Of a DNA stretch of 64,000 bases, positions 14,231-28,439 are shown in pieces. Numbering within the stretch: the first letter of the stretch is position 1; the number at the start of each line of letters is the position of its first letter. Source of the stretch: the human T2T-CHM13v2.0 reference genome, Homo sapiens; assembly GCF_009914755.1 (NCBI RefSeq), contig NC_060948.1. The stretch is one strand, 5' to 3'. The notes under the pieces are model-generated. The model saw nothing but the letters and a program-made list of their open reading frames with translations. It made no database searches and was not told where the DNA came from. The translations under genes were made by a program, and so were the position numbers.

Positions 14231-17200
14231 GGAATCGAACCACAAGGAATGGACAGGAATAGAATGGTCTCGAATTGAATGGAATCGTATGGAATGGCAT
14301 CAAACGGAATGGAATGGAAAGCCACGGAATGGAATGCACTCGAATGCAATGGAGTCGAAACTAATGGACTGGAATAGAATGGACTCGACTGGTACGGACT
14401 CCAATGGAATGGAATCGAATGGAAGGGAATCGAACGGAATGGACTCGAAGGGAAAAGACTGCAATGGAAAGGTCTCGAATGGAATGGAAATTAATGGAAT
14501 GGAATGGAATCGAATGAAATGGAGTCAAAAGGAATGGAATCGAATGGCAAGAAATCGAATGTAATGGAATCGCAAGGAATTGATGTGAACGGAACGGAAT
14601 GGAATGGAATCCAAAGGAATGGAATAGAATGGAATGGAATCGAATGGAAAGGACTCGAATGGAAATCACTCGAATAGAATGCAATTTAATAAAATAGGAT
14701 CAAATGTAATGGAATGGAATGGAAAGGAATCGAAACGAAAGGAATGGAGACAGATGGAATGGAATGGAACAGAGAGCAATGGTATAGAATGGAATGGAAT
14801 CATCTGGAATGGAATTGAATGGAATGGAATAATATGAAATGGAATGGAATGGAATGGAATGGAATGCCCTTGAATTAAATGGACTGGAATGGAATGGACT
14901 CGAACAGAGTGGAATGGAAAGTGTTGAGATAGAATGGAATGGACTCCTTTGGAATGGTGTAGTATGCAATGCAATCGACTGGCAGGGAATCAAAAGGAAT
15001 GTAATCGAATGGATTGGACTGGAATGCAATGGACTCGAATAGATTGGAAACGGAATGCAAAGGAATGGAATGGAATAGTATGGAATGGAATGGAAAGGAA
15101 TGGAGTGGAATAGACTAGAGTGGAATGGAATGGACTGGAAAGCAATGGACTGGAATGGAACTTTCTTGAATGGACTGGAATCAAACGGAATGGAATGCAA
15201 TGCAATCAAATGGCATGGAATAAAATAGAATGAAAGAGAATCAAATGGAATTGAATCGAATGGAATCGAATGGATTGGAAAGGAATAGAATGGAATGGAA
15301 TGGAATGGACTAGAATGGAATGGATTCGAATGGAAGGCAAAGGAATGGAATCTATTGGAATGGACTGTAATGGAATGGAATGGAAGGGATTGGAATGGAC
15401 TCGAATGGAATGGACTGCAATAGAAAGGATTCGAATGGAATGAAAAAGAATTGAATGGAATAGAACAGAATGGAATCAAATCGAATGAAATGGAATGGAA
15501 TAGAAAGGAATGGAATGAAATGGAATGGAAAGGATTCGAATGGAATGCAATCGAATGGAATGGAATCGAACGGAATGGAATAAAATGGAAGAAAACTGGC
15601 AAGAAATGGAATCGAAATGAATGGAGTGTTATGGAACGGACTCAAAAGGAATTGAATGTAATAGAATGGAGTGGAGTGGACTCGAATATAATGGACTGGA
15701 ATGGAATGAAATCACATGGAATGGGAACGAATGGAATGGAATGGAAAGGAATGGAATCGAATGGAAAGGAATCGAACGGAAGGGAATGAAATTGAATCAA
15801 CAGGAATGGAAGGGAATAGAATAGACGGTAATGGAATGGACTCGAATAGAATGGACACGAATGCTGAAATTGAATGGACTCGAATGGAATGGAAACGAAA
15901 GGAATGTCATCGAATGGAATTGAATCGATTGGAATGAAATCGCATAGAATGGAGTGGAATCAAATGGAATTGAATCGAAAGGAAAGGAAGCGAATGGACT
16001 GAAATGAAATGGAATGGAATTGAATGGAAAGTAATGCAATGGAATAGAATGGAACGAAATTTCACGGAATGGAATCAAACTGAATGGAATCAAATCAATG
16101 GAATCAAATCAAATGGAATGGAAAGGAATTGAATGGAGTAGATTGGATTCGATGGGATTGGAATGAAATGTACTGGAAACGACTCGAATTTCATGAAACG
16201 GAATGGAATGAATTGGAACGGAATGGACTCGAATGGAATGGAATGTCATGGAATGGCATCAAATGGAATGGCATCAAATGGAATGGAATCGAATGCAATG
16301 GAATGCTATGGAATGGAATGGAATGCATTGGAATGGAATGTCCTCTAATGGAATGGATTCGAGTGGAATGGAATCGAATATAATGGAGTCGAATGAAATG
16401 GAATTGAAAGGAGTGGGATCGAATACAATGGAATATACTGGAATGTAATGTAATGAACTCGAATGTAATTGACTGGAATGGAATGTACATGAATGGAATG
16501 TAATCGAATGGAAAGTAATCCAATGGAATAGAATCTAATGCAATAAAACCGACTCAGATAGAGTAGAATGTAATGGAATGGAGTGCAGTGCAATGGAATG
16601 GAATGGAATGGAATGCAATGGAATGGAAAGGAATGGAATGGAATGGAATGGAATGGAATGGAATGGGATGGAATGGGATGGAATGGATAGTAATGGACTG
16701 GAGTGAAATGGACTGGAAAGGAATGGACTCAAATTGAAAGGGCTCGAAAGGAATGGAGTCAAATGGAATGGTCTGGAATGGAATGAACACGAATGTAATG
16801 CAATCCAATAGAATGGAATCGAATGGCATGGAATATAAAGAAATGGAATCGAAGAGAATGGAAACAAATGGAATGGAATTGAATGGAATGGAATTGAATG
16901 GAATGGGAACGAATGGAGTGAAATTGTATGCAGTAGAAGGGAATAGAATGGAATGCAAGCGAAAGGAAAGGAATGGATTGGAATGGAATGGAATTCATTG
17001 GAATGGAAGGGAATGTAGTGTAATGGACAGGCCTGGAATAAAGTGGAATGCTACGGTCTCGAATGGAATAAAAATGTATGGAATGGAATGCAATGAAACG
17101 GAATCGAATGTCATAGAATGTAATGGAATGCAAAAAAATGGAATCCAAAATCATTGACTGGAAAGGCTGGGTGTCGAAAGGAATTGACTCCAATGGAATG

Positions 17201-17784
17201 GAATCGAATGGAATGGAAGTGAATAGAATCGAACTAAATCGAATGGAATGGAATTGATAGGAACGGAATGGAAAGGAATGCAATGATTTGGCATGGAATG
17301 GAATCGAATGGCATCGAATGGAATGGAATGGAATGCAATGGAATGGAATGTATTAGAATGTAATGAACTTTAATGGAATGTACTCGAATGGATTCGACTG
17401 GAATGGAATGTTCTGGAAGTGAATGGACTCCAATGGAATGGATTCAAAAGGAATGGAATCGTACGGAATGGAATCTAATGGAATGGAATTAAATGGAAAT
17501 GAATCAAATTGAATAGCACGGAATTGAATTGAATGGAATGGAATGCAATGGAATCTAATGAAACGGAAAGGAAAGGAATGGAATGGAATGGAATGGGCTG
17601 GAATGGAAAGGAATCGAAACGAATGGAATGGAATCGAACTGAAGAGACTGGAATGGAATGCACTGGAATGGAAGGGAGTGTAATGGAAGGTTCTCGAAAA
17701 AAATGGAATGGAATGGAATGGAATTGAATGGAACGGAATAGAGTCGAATGGAATTGAATGGAATGGAATGGACTAGAGTGAAAT
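14231..17784 (+). repeat. DYZ1 unit 5 (3554 bp)
   Basis: Landmark spacing; carries the 15-bp deletion. Confidence 0.93.
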
Positions 17785-20700
17785 GGAATCGAACCACAAG
17801 GAATGGACAGGAATAGAATGGTCTCGAATTGAATGGAATCGTATGGAATGGCATCAAACGGAATGGAATGGACAGCCACGGAATGGAATGCACTCGAATG
17901 CAATGGAGTCGAAACTAATGGACTGGAATAGAATGGACTCGACTGGTACGGACTCCAATGGAATGGAATCGAATGGAAGGGAATCGAACGGAATGGACTC
18001 GAAGGGAAAAGACTGCAATGGAAAGGTCTCGAATGGAATGGAAATTAATGGAATGGAATGGAATCGAATGAAATGGAGTCAAAAGGAATGGAATCGAATG
18101 GCAAGAAATCGAATGTAATGGAATCGCAAGGAATTGATGTGAACGGAACGGAATGGAATGGAATCCAAAGGAATGGAATAGAATGGAATGGAATCGAATG
18201 GAAAGGACTCGAATGGAAATCACTCGAATAGAATGCAATTTAATAAAATAGGATCAAATGTAATGGAATGGAATGGAAAGGAATCGAAACGAAAGGAATG
18301 GAGACAGATGGAATGGAATGGAACAGAGAGCAATGGTATAGAATGGAATGGAATCATCTGGAATGGAATTGAATGGAATGGAATAATATGAAATGGAATG
18401 GAATGGAATGCCCTTGAATTAAATGGACTGGAATGGAATGGACTCGAACAGAGTGGAATGGAAAGTGTTGAGATAGAATGGAATGGACTCCTTTGGAATG
18501 GTGTAGTATGCAATGCAATCGACTGGCAGGGAATCAAAAGGAATGTAATCGAATGGATTGGACTGGAATGCAATGGACTCGAATAGATTGGAAACGGAAT
18601 GCAAAGGAATGGAATGGAATAGTATGGAATGGAATGGAAAGGAATGGAGTGGAATAGACTAGAGTGGAATGGAATGGACTGGAAAGCAATGGACTGGAAT
18701 GGAACTTTCTTGAATGGACTGGAATCAAACGGAATGGAATGCAATGCAATCAAATGGCATGGAATAAAATAGAATGAAAGAGAATCAAATGGAACTGAAT
18801 CGAATGGAATCGAATGGATTGGAAAGGAATAGAATGGAATGGAATGGAATGGACTAGAATGAAATGGATTCGAATGGAAGGCAAAGGAATAGAATCTATT
18901 GGAATGGACTGTAATGGAATGGAATGGAAGGGATTGGAATGGACTCGAATGGAATGGACTGCAATAGAAAGGATTCGAATGGAATGAAAAAGAATTGAAT
19001 GGAATAGAACAGAATGGAATCAAATCGAATGAAATGGAATGGAATAGAAAGGAATGGAATGAAATGGAATGGAAAGGATTCGAATGGAATGCAATCGAAT
19101 GGAATGGAATCGAACGGAATGGAATAAAATGGAAGAAAACTGGCAAGAAATGGAATCGAAATGAATGGAGTGTTATGGAACGGACTCAAAAGGAATTGAA
19201 TGTAATAGAATGGAGTGGAGTGGACTCGAATATAATGGACTGGAATGGAATGAAATCACATGGAATGGGAACGAATGGAATGGAATGGAAAGGAATGGAA
19301 TCGAATGGAAAGGAATCGAACGGAAGGGAATGAAATTGAATCAACAGGAATGGAAGGGAATAGAATAGACGGTAATGGAATGGACTCGAATAGAATGGAC
19401 ACGAATGCTGAAATCGAATGGACTCGAATGGAATGGAAACGAAAGGAATGTCATCGAATGGAATTGAATCGATTGGAATGAAATCGCATAGAATGGAGTG
19501 GAATCAAATGGAATTGAATCGAAAGGAAAGGAAGCGAATGGACTGAAATGAAATGGAATGGAATTGAATGGAAAGTAATGCAATGGAATAGAATGGAACG
19601 AAATTTCACGGAATGGAATCAAACTGAATGGAATCAAATCAATGGAATCAAATCAAATGGAATGGAAAGGAATTGAATGGAGTAGATTGGATTGGATGGG
19701 ATTGGAATGAAATGTACTGGAAAGGACTCGAATTTCATGAAACGGAATGGAATGAATTGGAACGGAATGGACTCGAATGGAATGGAATGTCATGGAATGG
19801 CATCAAATGGAATGGTATCAAATGGAATGGAATCGAATGCAATGGAATGTTATGGAATGGAATGGAATGCATTGGAATGGAATGTCCTCTAATGGAATGG
19901 ATTCGAGTGGAATGGAATCGAATATAATGGAGTCGAATGAAATGGAATTGAAAGGAATGGGATCGAATACAATGGAATATACTGGAATGTAATGTAATGA
20001 ACTCGAATGTAATTGACTGGAATGGAGTGTACATGAATGGAATGTAATCGAATGGAAAGTAATCCAATGGAATAGAATCTAATGCAATAAAATCGACTCA
20101 GATAGAGTAGAATGTAATGGAATGGAGTGTAGTGCAATGGAATGGAATGGAATGGAATGCAATTGAATGGAATGGAATGGAATGGAATGGAATGGGATGG
20201 AATGGTATGGAATGGATAGTAATGGACTGGAGTGAAATGGACTGGAAAGGAATGGACTCAAATTGAAAGGGCTCGAAAGGAATGGAGTCAAATGGAATGG
20301 TCTGGAATGGAATGAACACGAATGTAATGCAATCCAATAGAATGGAATCGAATGGCATGGAATATAAAGAAATGGAATCGAAGAGAATGGAAACAAATGG
20401 AATGGAATTGAATGGAATGGAATTGAATGGAATGCGAACGAATGGAGTGAAATTGTATGCAGTAGAAGGGAATAGAATGGAATGCAAGCGAAAGGAAAGG
20501 AATGGATTGGAATGGAATGGAATTCATTGGAATGGAAGGGAATGTAGTGTAATGGACAGGCCTGGAATAAAGTGGAATGCTACTGTCTCGAATGGAATAA
20601 AAATGTATGGAATGGAATGCAATGAAACGGAATCGAATGTCATAGAATGTAATGGAATGCAAAAAAATGGAATCCAAAATCATTGACTGGAAAGGCTGGG

Positions 20701-21313
20701 TGTCGAAAGGAATTGACTCCAATGGAATGGAATCGAATGGAATGGAAGTGAATAGAATCGAACTAAATCGAATGGAATGGAATTGATAGGAACGGAATGG
20801 AAAGGAATGCAATGATTTGGCATGGAATGGAATCGAATGGCATCGAATGGAATGGAATGGAATGCAATGGAATGGAATGTATTAGAATGTAATGAACTTT
20901 AATGGAATGTACTCGAATGGATTCGACTGGAATGGAATGTTCTGGAAGTGAATGGACTCCAATGGAATGGATTCAAAAGGAATGGAATCGTACGGAATGG
21001 AATCTAATGGAATGGAATTAAATGGAAATGAATCAAATTGAATAGCACGGAATTGAATTGAATGGAATGGAATGCAATGGAATCTAATGAAACGGAAAGG
21101 AAAGGAATGGAATGGAATGGAATGGGCTGGAATGGAAAGGAATCGAAACGAATGGAATGGAATCGAACTGAAGAGACTGGAATGGAATGCACTGGAATGG
21201 AAAGGAGTGTAATGGAAGGTTCTCGAAAAAAATGGAATCGAATGGAATGGAATTGAATGGAACGGAATAGAGTCGAATGGAATTGAATGGAATGGAATGG
21301 ACTAGAGTGAAAT
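17785..21313 (+). repeat. DYZ1 unit 6 (3529 bp)
   Basis: Landmark spacing; 10-bp and 15-bp deletions and a central tract 10 bp shorter. Confidence 0.93.
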
Positions 21314-24300
21314 GGAATCGAACCACAAGGAATGGACAGGAATAGAATGGTCTCGAATTGAATGGAATCGTATGGAATGGCATCAAACGGAATGGAATGG
21401 ACAGCCACGGAATGGAATGCACTCGAATGCAATGGAGTCGAAACTAATGGACTGGAATAGAATGGACTCGACTGGTACGGACTCCAATGGAATGGAATCG
21501 AATGGAAGGGAATCGAACAGAATGGACTCGAAGGGAAAAGACTGCAATGGAAAGGTCTCGAATGGAATGGAAATTAATGGAATGGAATGGAATCGAATGA
21601 AATGGAGTCAAAAGGAATGGAATCGAATGGCAAGAAATCGAATGTAATGGAATCGCAAGGAATTGATGTGAACGGAACGGAATGGAATGGAATCCAAAGG
21701 AATGGAATAGAATGGAATGGAATCGAATGGAAAGGACTCGAATGGAAATCACTCGAATAGAATGCAATTTAATAAAATAGGATCAAATGTAATGGAATGG
21801 AATGGAAAGGAATCGAAACGAAAGGAATGGAGACAGATGGACTGGAATGGAACAGAGAGCAATGGTATAGAATGGAATGGAATCATCTGGAATGGAATTG
21901 AATGGAATGGAATAATATGAAATGGAATGGAATGGAATGGAATGGAATGCCCTTGAATTAAATGGACTGGAATGGAATGGACTCGAACAGAGTGGAATGG
22001 AAAGTGTTGAGATAGAATGGAATGGACTCCTTTGGAATGGTGTAGTATGCAATGCAATCGACTGGCAGGGAATCAAAAGGAATGTAATGGAATGGATTGG
22101 ACTGGAATGCAATGGACTCGAATAGATTGGAAACGGAATGCAAAGGAATGGAATGGAATAGTATGGAATGGAATGGAAAGGAATGGAGTGGAATAGACTA
22201 GAGTGGAATGGAATGGACTGGAAAGCAATGGACTGGAATGGAACTTTCTTGAATGGACTGGAATCAAACGGAATGGAATGCAATGCAATCAAATGGCATG
22301 GAATAAAATAGAATGAAAGAGAATCAAATGGAATTGAATCGAATGGAATCGAATGGATTGGAAAGGAATAGAATGGAATGGAATGGAATTGACTCAAATG
22401 GAATGGACTAGAATGGAATGGATTCGAATGGAAGGCAAAGGAATGGAATCTATTGGAATGGACTGTAATGGAATGGAATGGAAGGGATTGGAATGGACTC
22501 GAATGGAATGGACTGCAATAGAAAGGATTCGAATGGAATGAAAAAGAATTGAATGGAATAGAACAGAATGGAATCAAATCGAATGAAATGGAATGGAATA
22601 GAAAGGAATGGAATGAAATGGAATGGAAAGGATTCGAATGGAATGCAATCGAATGGAATGGAATCAAACGGAATGGAATAAAATGGAAGAAAACTGGGAA
22701 GAAATGGAATCGAAATGAATGGAGTGTTATGGAACGGACTCAAAAGGAATTGAATGTAATAGAATGGAGTGGAGTGGACTCGAATATAATGGACTGGAAT
22801 GGAATGAAATCACATGGAATGGGAACGAATGGAATGGAATGGAAAGGAATGGAATCGAATGGAAAGGAATCGAATGGAAGGGAATGAAATTGAATCAACA
22901 GGAATGGAAGGGAATAGAATAGACGGTAATGGAATGGACTCGAATAGAATGGACACGAATGCTCAAATTGAATGGACTCGAATGGAATGGAAACGAAAGG
23001 AATGTCATCGAATGGAATTGAATCGATTGGAATGAAATCGCATAGAATGGAGTGGAATCAAATGGAATTGAATCGAAAGGAAAGGAAGCGAATGGACTGA
23101 AATGAAATGGAATGGAATTGAATGGAAAGTAATGCAATGGAATAGAATGGAACGAAATTTCACGGAATGGAATCAAACTGAATGGAATCAAATCAATGGA
23201 ATCTAATCAAAGGAATGGAAAGGAATTGAATGGAGTAGATTGGATTGGATGGGATTGGAATGAAATGTACTGGAAAGGACTCGAATTTCATGAAACGGAA
23301 TGGAATGAATTGGAACGGAATGGACTCGAACGGAATGGAATGTCATGGAATGGCATCAAATGGAATGGCATCAAATGGAATGGAATCGAATGCAATGGAA
23401 TGCTATGGAATGGAATGGAATGCATTGGAATGGAATGTCCTCTAATGGAATGGATTCGAGTGGAATGGAATCGAATATAATGGAGTCGAATGAAATGGAA
23501 TTGAAAGGAATGGGATCGAATTCAATGGAATATACTGCAATGTAATGTAATGAACTCGAATGTAATTGACTGGAATGGAATGTACATGAATGGAATGTAA
23601 TCGAATGGAAAGTAATCCAATGGAATAGAATCTAATGCAACAAAACCGATTCAGATAGAGTAGAATGTAATGGAATGGAGTGCAGTGCAATGGAATGGAA
23701 TGGAATGGAATGCAATGGAATGGAATGGAATGGAATGGAATGCAATGGAATGGAATGGAATGGAATGGGATGGAATGGTATGGAATGGATAGTAATGGAC
23801 TGGAGTGAAATGGACTGGAAAGGAATGGACTCAAATTGAAAGGGCTCGAAAGGAATGCAGTCAAATGCAATGGTCTGGAATGGAATGAACACGAATGTAT
23901 TGCAATCCAATAGAATGGAATCGAATGGCATGGAATATAAAGAAATGGAATCGAAGAGAATGGAAACAAATGGAATGGAATTGAATGGATTGGAATTGAA
24001 TAGAATGGGAACGAATGGAATGAAATTGTATGCAGTAGAAGAGAATAGAATGGAATGCAAGCGAAAGGAAAGGAATGGATTGGAATGGAATGGAATTCAT
24101 TGGAATGCAAGGGAATGTAGTGTAATGGACAGGCCTGGAATAAAATGGAATGCTACGGTCTCGAATGGAATAAAAATGTATGCAATGGAATGCAATGAAA
24201 CGGAATCGAATGTCATAGAATGTAATGGAATGCAAAAAAATGGAATCCAAAATCATTGACTGGAAAGGCTGGGTGTCGAAAGGAATTGACTCCAATGGAA

Positions 24301-24886
24301 TGGAATCGAATGGAATGGAAGTGAATAGAATCGAACTAAATCGAATGGAATGGAATTGATAGGAACGGAATGGAAAGGAATGCAATGATTTGGCATGGAA
24401 TGGAATCGAATGGACTCGAATGGAATGGAATGGAATGCAATGGAATGGAATGTATTAGAATGTAATGAACTTTAATGGAATGTACTTGAATAGATTCGAC
24501 TGGAATGGAATGTTCTGGAAGTGAATGGACTCCAATGGAATGGATTCCAAAGGAATGGAATCGTACGGAATGGAATCTAATGGAATGGAATTAAATGGAA
24601 ATGAATCAAATTGAATAGCACGGAATTGAATTGAATGGAATGGAATGCAATGGAATCTAATGAAACGGAAAGGAAAGGAATGGAATGGAATGGAATGGGC
24701 TGGAATGGAAAGGAATCGAAACGAATGGAATGGAATCGAACTGAAGAGACTGGAATGGAATGCACTGGAATGGAAGGGAGTGTAATGGAAGGTTCTCGAA
24801 AAAAATGGAATCGAATGGAATGGAATTGAATGGAACGGAATAGAGTCGAATGGAATTGAATGGAATGGAATGGACTAGAGTGAAAT
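21314..24886 (+). repeat. DYZ1 unit 7 (3573 bp)
   Basis: Landmark spacing; 1-bp deletion near 23210 and a divergent segment at 23500-24550. Confidence 0.93.
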
Positions 24887-27800
24887 GGAATCGAACCACA
24901 AGGAATGGACAGGAATAGAATGGTCTCGAATTGAATGGAATCGTATGGAATGGCATCAAACGGAATGGAATGGACAGCCACGGAATGGAATGCACTCGAA
25001 TGCAATGGAGTCGAAACTAATGGACTGGAATAGAATGGACTCGACTGGTACGGACTCCAATGGAATGGAATCGAACGGAATGGACTCGAAGGGAAAAGAC
25101 TGCAATGGAAAGGTCTCGAATGGAATGGAAATTAATGGAATGGAATGGAATCGAATGAAATGGAGTCAAAAGGAATGGAATCGAATGGCAAGAAATCGAA
25201 TGTAATGGAATCGCAAGGAATTGATGTGAACGGAACGGAATGGAATGGAATCCAAAGGAATGGAATAGAATGGAATGGAATCGAATGGAAAGGACTCGAA
25301 TGGAAATCACTCGAATAGAATGCAATTTAATAAAATAGGATCAAATGTAATGGAATGGAATGGAAAGGAATCGAAACGAAAGGAATGGAGACAGATGGAA
25401 TGGAATGGAACAGAGAGCAATGGTATAGAATGGAATGGAATCATCTGGAATGGAATTGAATGGAATGGAATAATATGAAATGGAATGGAATGGAATGGAA
25501 TGGAATGCCCTTGAATTAAATGGACTGGAATGGAATGGACTCGAACAGAGTGGAATGGAAAGTGTTGAGATAGAATGGAATGGACTCGTTTGGAATGGTG
25601 TAGTATGCAATGCAATCGACTGGCAGGGAATCAAAAGGAATGTAATGGAATGGACTGGACTGGAATGCAATGGACTCGAATAGATTGGAAACGGAATGCA
25701 AAGGAATGGAATGGAATAGTATGGAATGGAATGGAAAGGAATGGAGTGGAATAGACTAGAGTGGAATGGAATGGACTGGAAAGCAATGGACTGGAATGGA
25801 ACTTTCTTGAATGGACTGGAATCAAACGGAATGGAATGCAATGCAATCAAATGGCATGGAATAAAATAGAATGAAAGAGAATCAAATGGAATTGAATCGA
25901 ATGGAATCGAATGGATTGGAAAGGAATAGAATGGAATGGAATGGAATGGACTCAAATGGAATGGACTAGAATGGAATTGATTCGAATGGAAGGCAAAGGA
26001 ATGGAATCTATTGGAATGGACTGTAATGGAATGGAATGGAAGGGATTGGAATGGACTCGAATGGAATGGACTGCAATAGAAAGGATTCGAATGGAATGAA
26101 AAAGAATTGAATGGAATAGAACAGAATGGAATCAAATCGAATGAAATGGAATGGAATAGAAAGGAATGGAATGAAATGGAATGGAAAGGATTCGAATGGA
26201 ATGCAATCGAATGGAATGGAATCGAACGGAATGGAATAAAATGGAAGAAAACTGTCAAGAAATGGAATCGAAATGAATGGAGTGTTATGGAACGGACTCA
26301 AAAGGAATTGAATGTAATAGAATGGAGTGGAGTGGACTCGAATATAATGGACTGGAATGGAATGAAATCACATGGAATGGGAACGAATGGAATGGAATGG
26401 AAAGGAATGGAATCGAATGGAAAGGAATCGAATGGAAGGGAATGAAATTGAATCAACAGGAATGGAAGGGAATAGAATAGACGGTAATGGAATGGACTCG
26501 AATAGAATGGACACGAATGCTCAAATTGAATGGACTCGAATGGAATGGAAACGAAAGGAATGTCATCGAATGGAATTGAATCGATTGGAATGAAATCGCA
26601 TAGAATGGAGTGGAATCAAATGGAATTGAATCGAAAGGAAAGGAAGCGAATGGACTGAAATGAAATGGAATGGAATTGAATGGAAAGTAATGCAATGGAA
26701 TAGAATGGAACGAAATTTCACGGAATGGAATCAAACTGAATGGAATCAAATCAATGGAATATAATCAAATGGAATGGAAAGGAATTGAATGGAGTAGATT
26801 GGATTGGATGGGATTGGAATGAAATGTACTGGAAAGGACTCGAATTTCATGAAACGGAATGGAATGAATTGGAACGGAATGGACTCGAATGGAATGGAAT
26901 GTCATGGAATGGCATCAAATGGAATGGCATCAAATGGAATGGAATCGAATGCAATGGAATGCTATGGAATGGAATGGAATGCATTGGAATGGAATGTCCT
27001 CTAATGGAATGGATTCGAGTGGAATGGAATCGAATATAATGGAGTCGAATGAAATGGAATTGAAAGGAATGGGATCGAATAGAATGGAATATACTGGAAT
27101 GTAATGTAATGAACTCGAATGTAATTGACTGGAATGGAATGTACATGAATGGAATGTAATCGAATGGAAAGTAATCCAATGGAATAGAATCTAATGCAAC
27201 AAAACCGATTCAGATAGAGTAGAATGTAATGGAATGGAGTGCAGTGCAATGGAATGGAATGGAATTGAATGCAATTGAATGGAATGGAATGGAATGGAAT
27301 GGAATGGAATGGAATGGAATGGAATGGGATGGAATGGTATGGAATGGATAGTAATGGACTGGAGTGAAATGGACTGGAAGGTATGGACTCAAATTGAAAG
27401 GGCTCGAAAGGAGTGGAGTCAAATGGAATGGTCTGGAATGGAATGAACACGAATGTAATGCAATCCAATAGAATGGAATCGAATGGCATGGAATATAAAG
27501 AAATGGATTCGAAGAGAATGGAAACAAATGGAATGGAATTGAATGGAATGGAATTGAATGGAATGGGAACGAATGGAGTGAAATTGTATGCAGTAGAAGG
27601 GAATAGAATGGAATGCAAGCGAAAGGAAAGGAATGGATTGGAATGGAATGGAATTCATTGGAATGGAAGGGAATGTAGTGTAATGGACAGGCCTGGAATA
27701 AAGTGGAATGCTACGGTCTCGAATGGAATAAAAATGTATGGAATGGAATGCAATGAAACGGAATCGAATGTCATAGAATGTAATGGAATGCAAAAAAATG

Positions 27801-28439
27801 GAATCCAAAATCATTGACTGGAAAGGCTGGGTGTCGAAAGGAATTGACTCCAATGGAATGGAATCGAATGGAATGGAAGTGAATAGAATCGAACTAAATC
27901 GAATGGAATGGAATTGATAGGAACGGAATGGAAAGGAATGCAATGATTTGGCATGGAATGGAATCGAATGGCATCGAATGGAATGGAATGGAATGCAATG
28001 GAATGGAATGTATTAGAATGTAATGAGCTTTAATGGAATGTACTCGAATGGATTCGACTGGAATGGAATGTTCTGGAAGTGAATGGACTCCAATGGAATG
28101 GATTCAAAAGGAATGGAATCGTACGGAATGGAATCTAATGGAATGGAATTAAATGGAAATGAATCAAATTGAATAGCACGGAATTGAATTGAATGGAATG
28201 GAATGCAATGGAATCTAATGAAACGGAAAGGAAAGGAATGGAATGGAATGGGCTGGAATGGAAAGGAATCGAAACGAATGGAATGGAATCGAACTGAAGA
28301 GACTGGAATGGAATGCACTGGAATGGAAGGGAGTGTAATGGAAGGTTCTCGAAAAAAATGGAATCGAATGGAATGGAATTGAATGGAACGGAATAGAGTC
28401 GAATGGAATTGAATGGAATGGAATGGACTAGAGTGAAAT
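24887..28439 (+). repeat. DYZ1 unit 8 (3553 bp)
   Basis: Landmark spacing; private 15-bp deletion near 25070. Confidence 0.93.
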
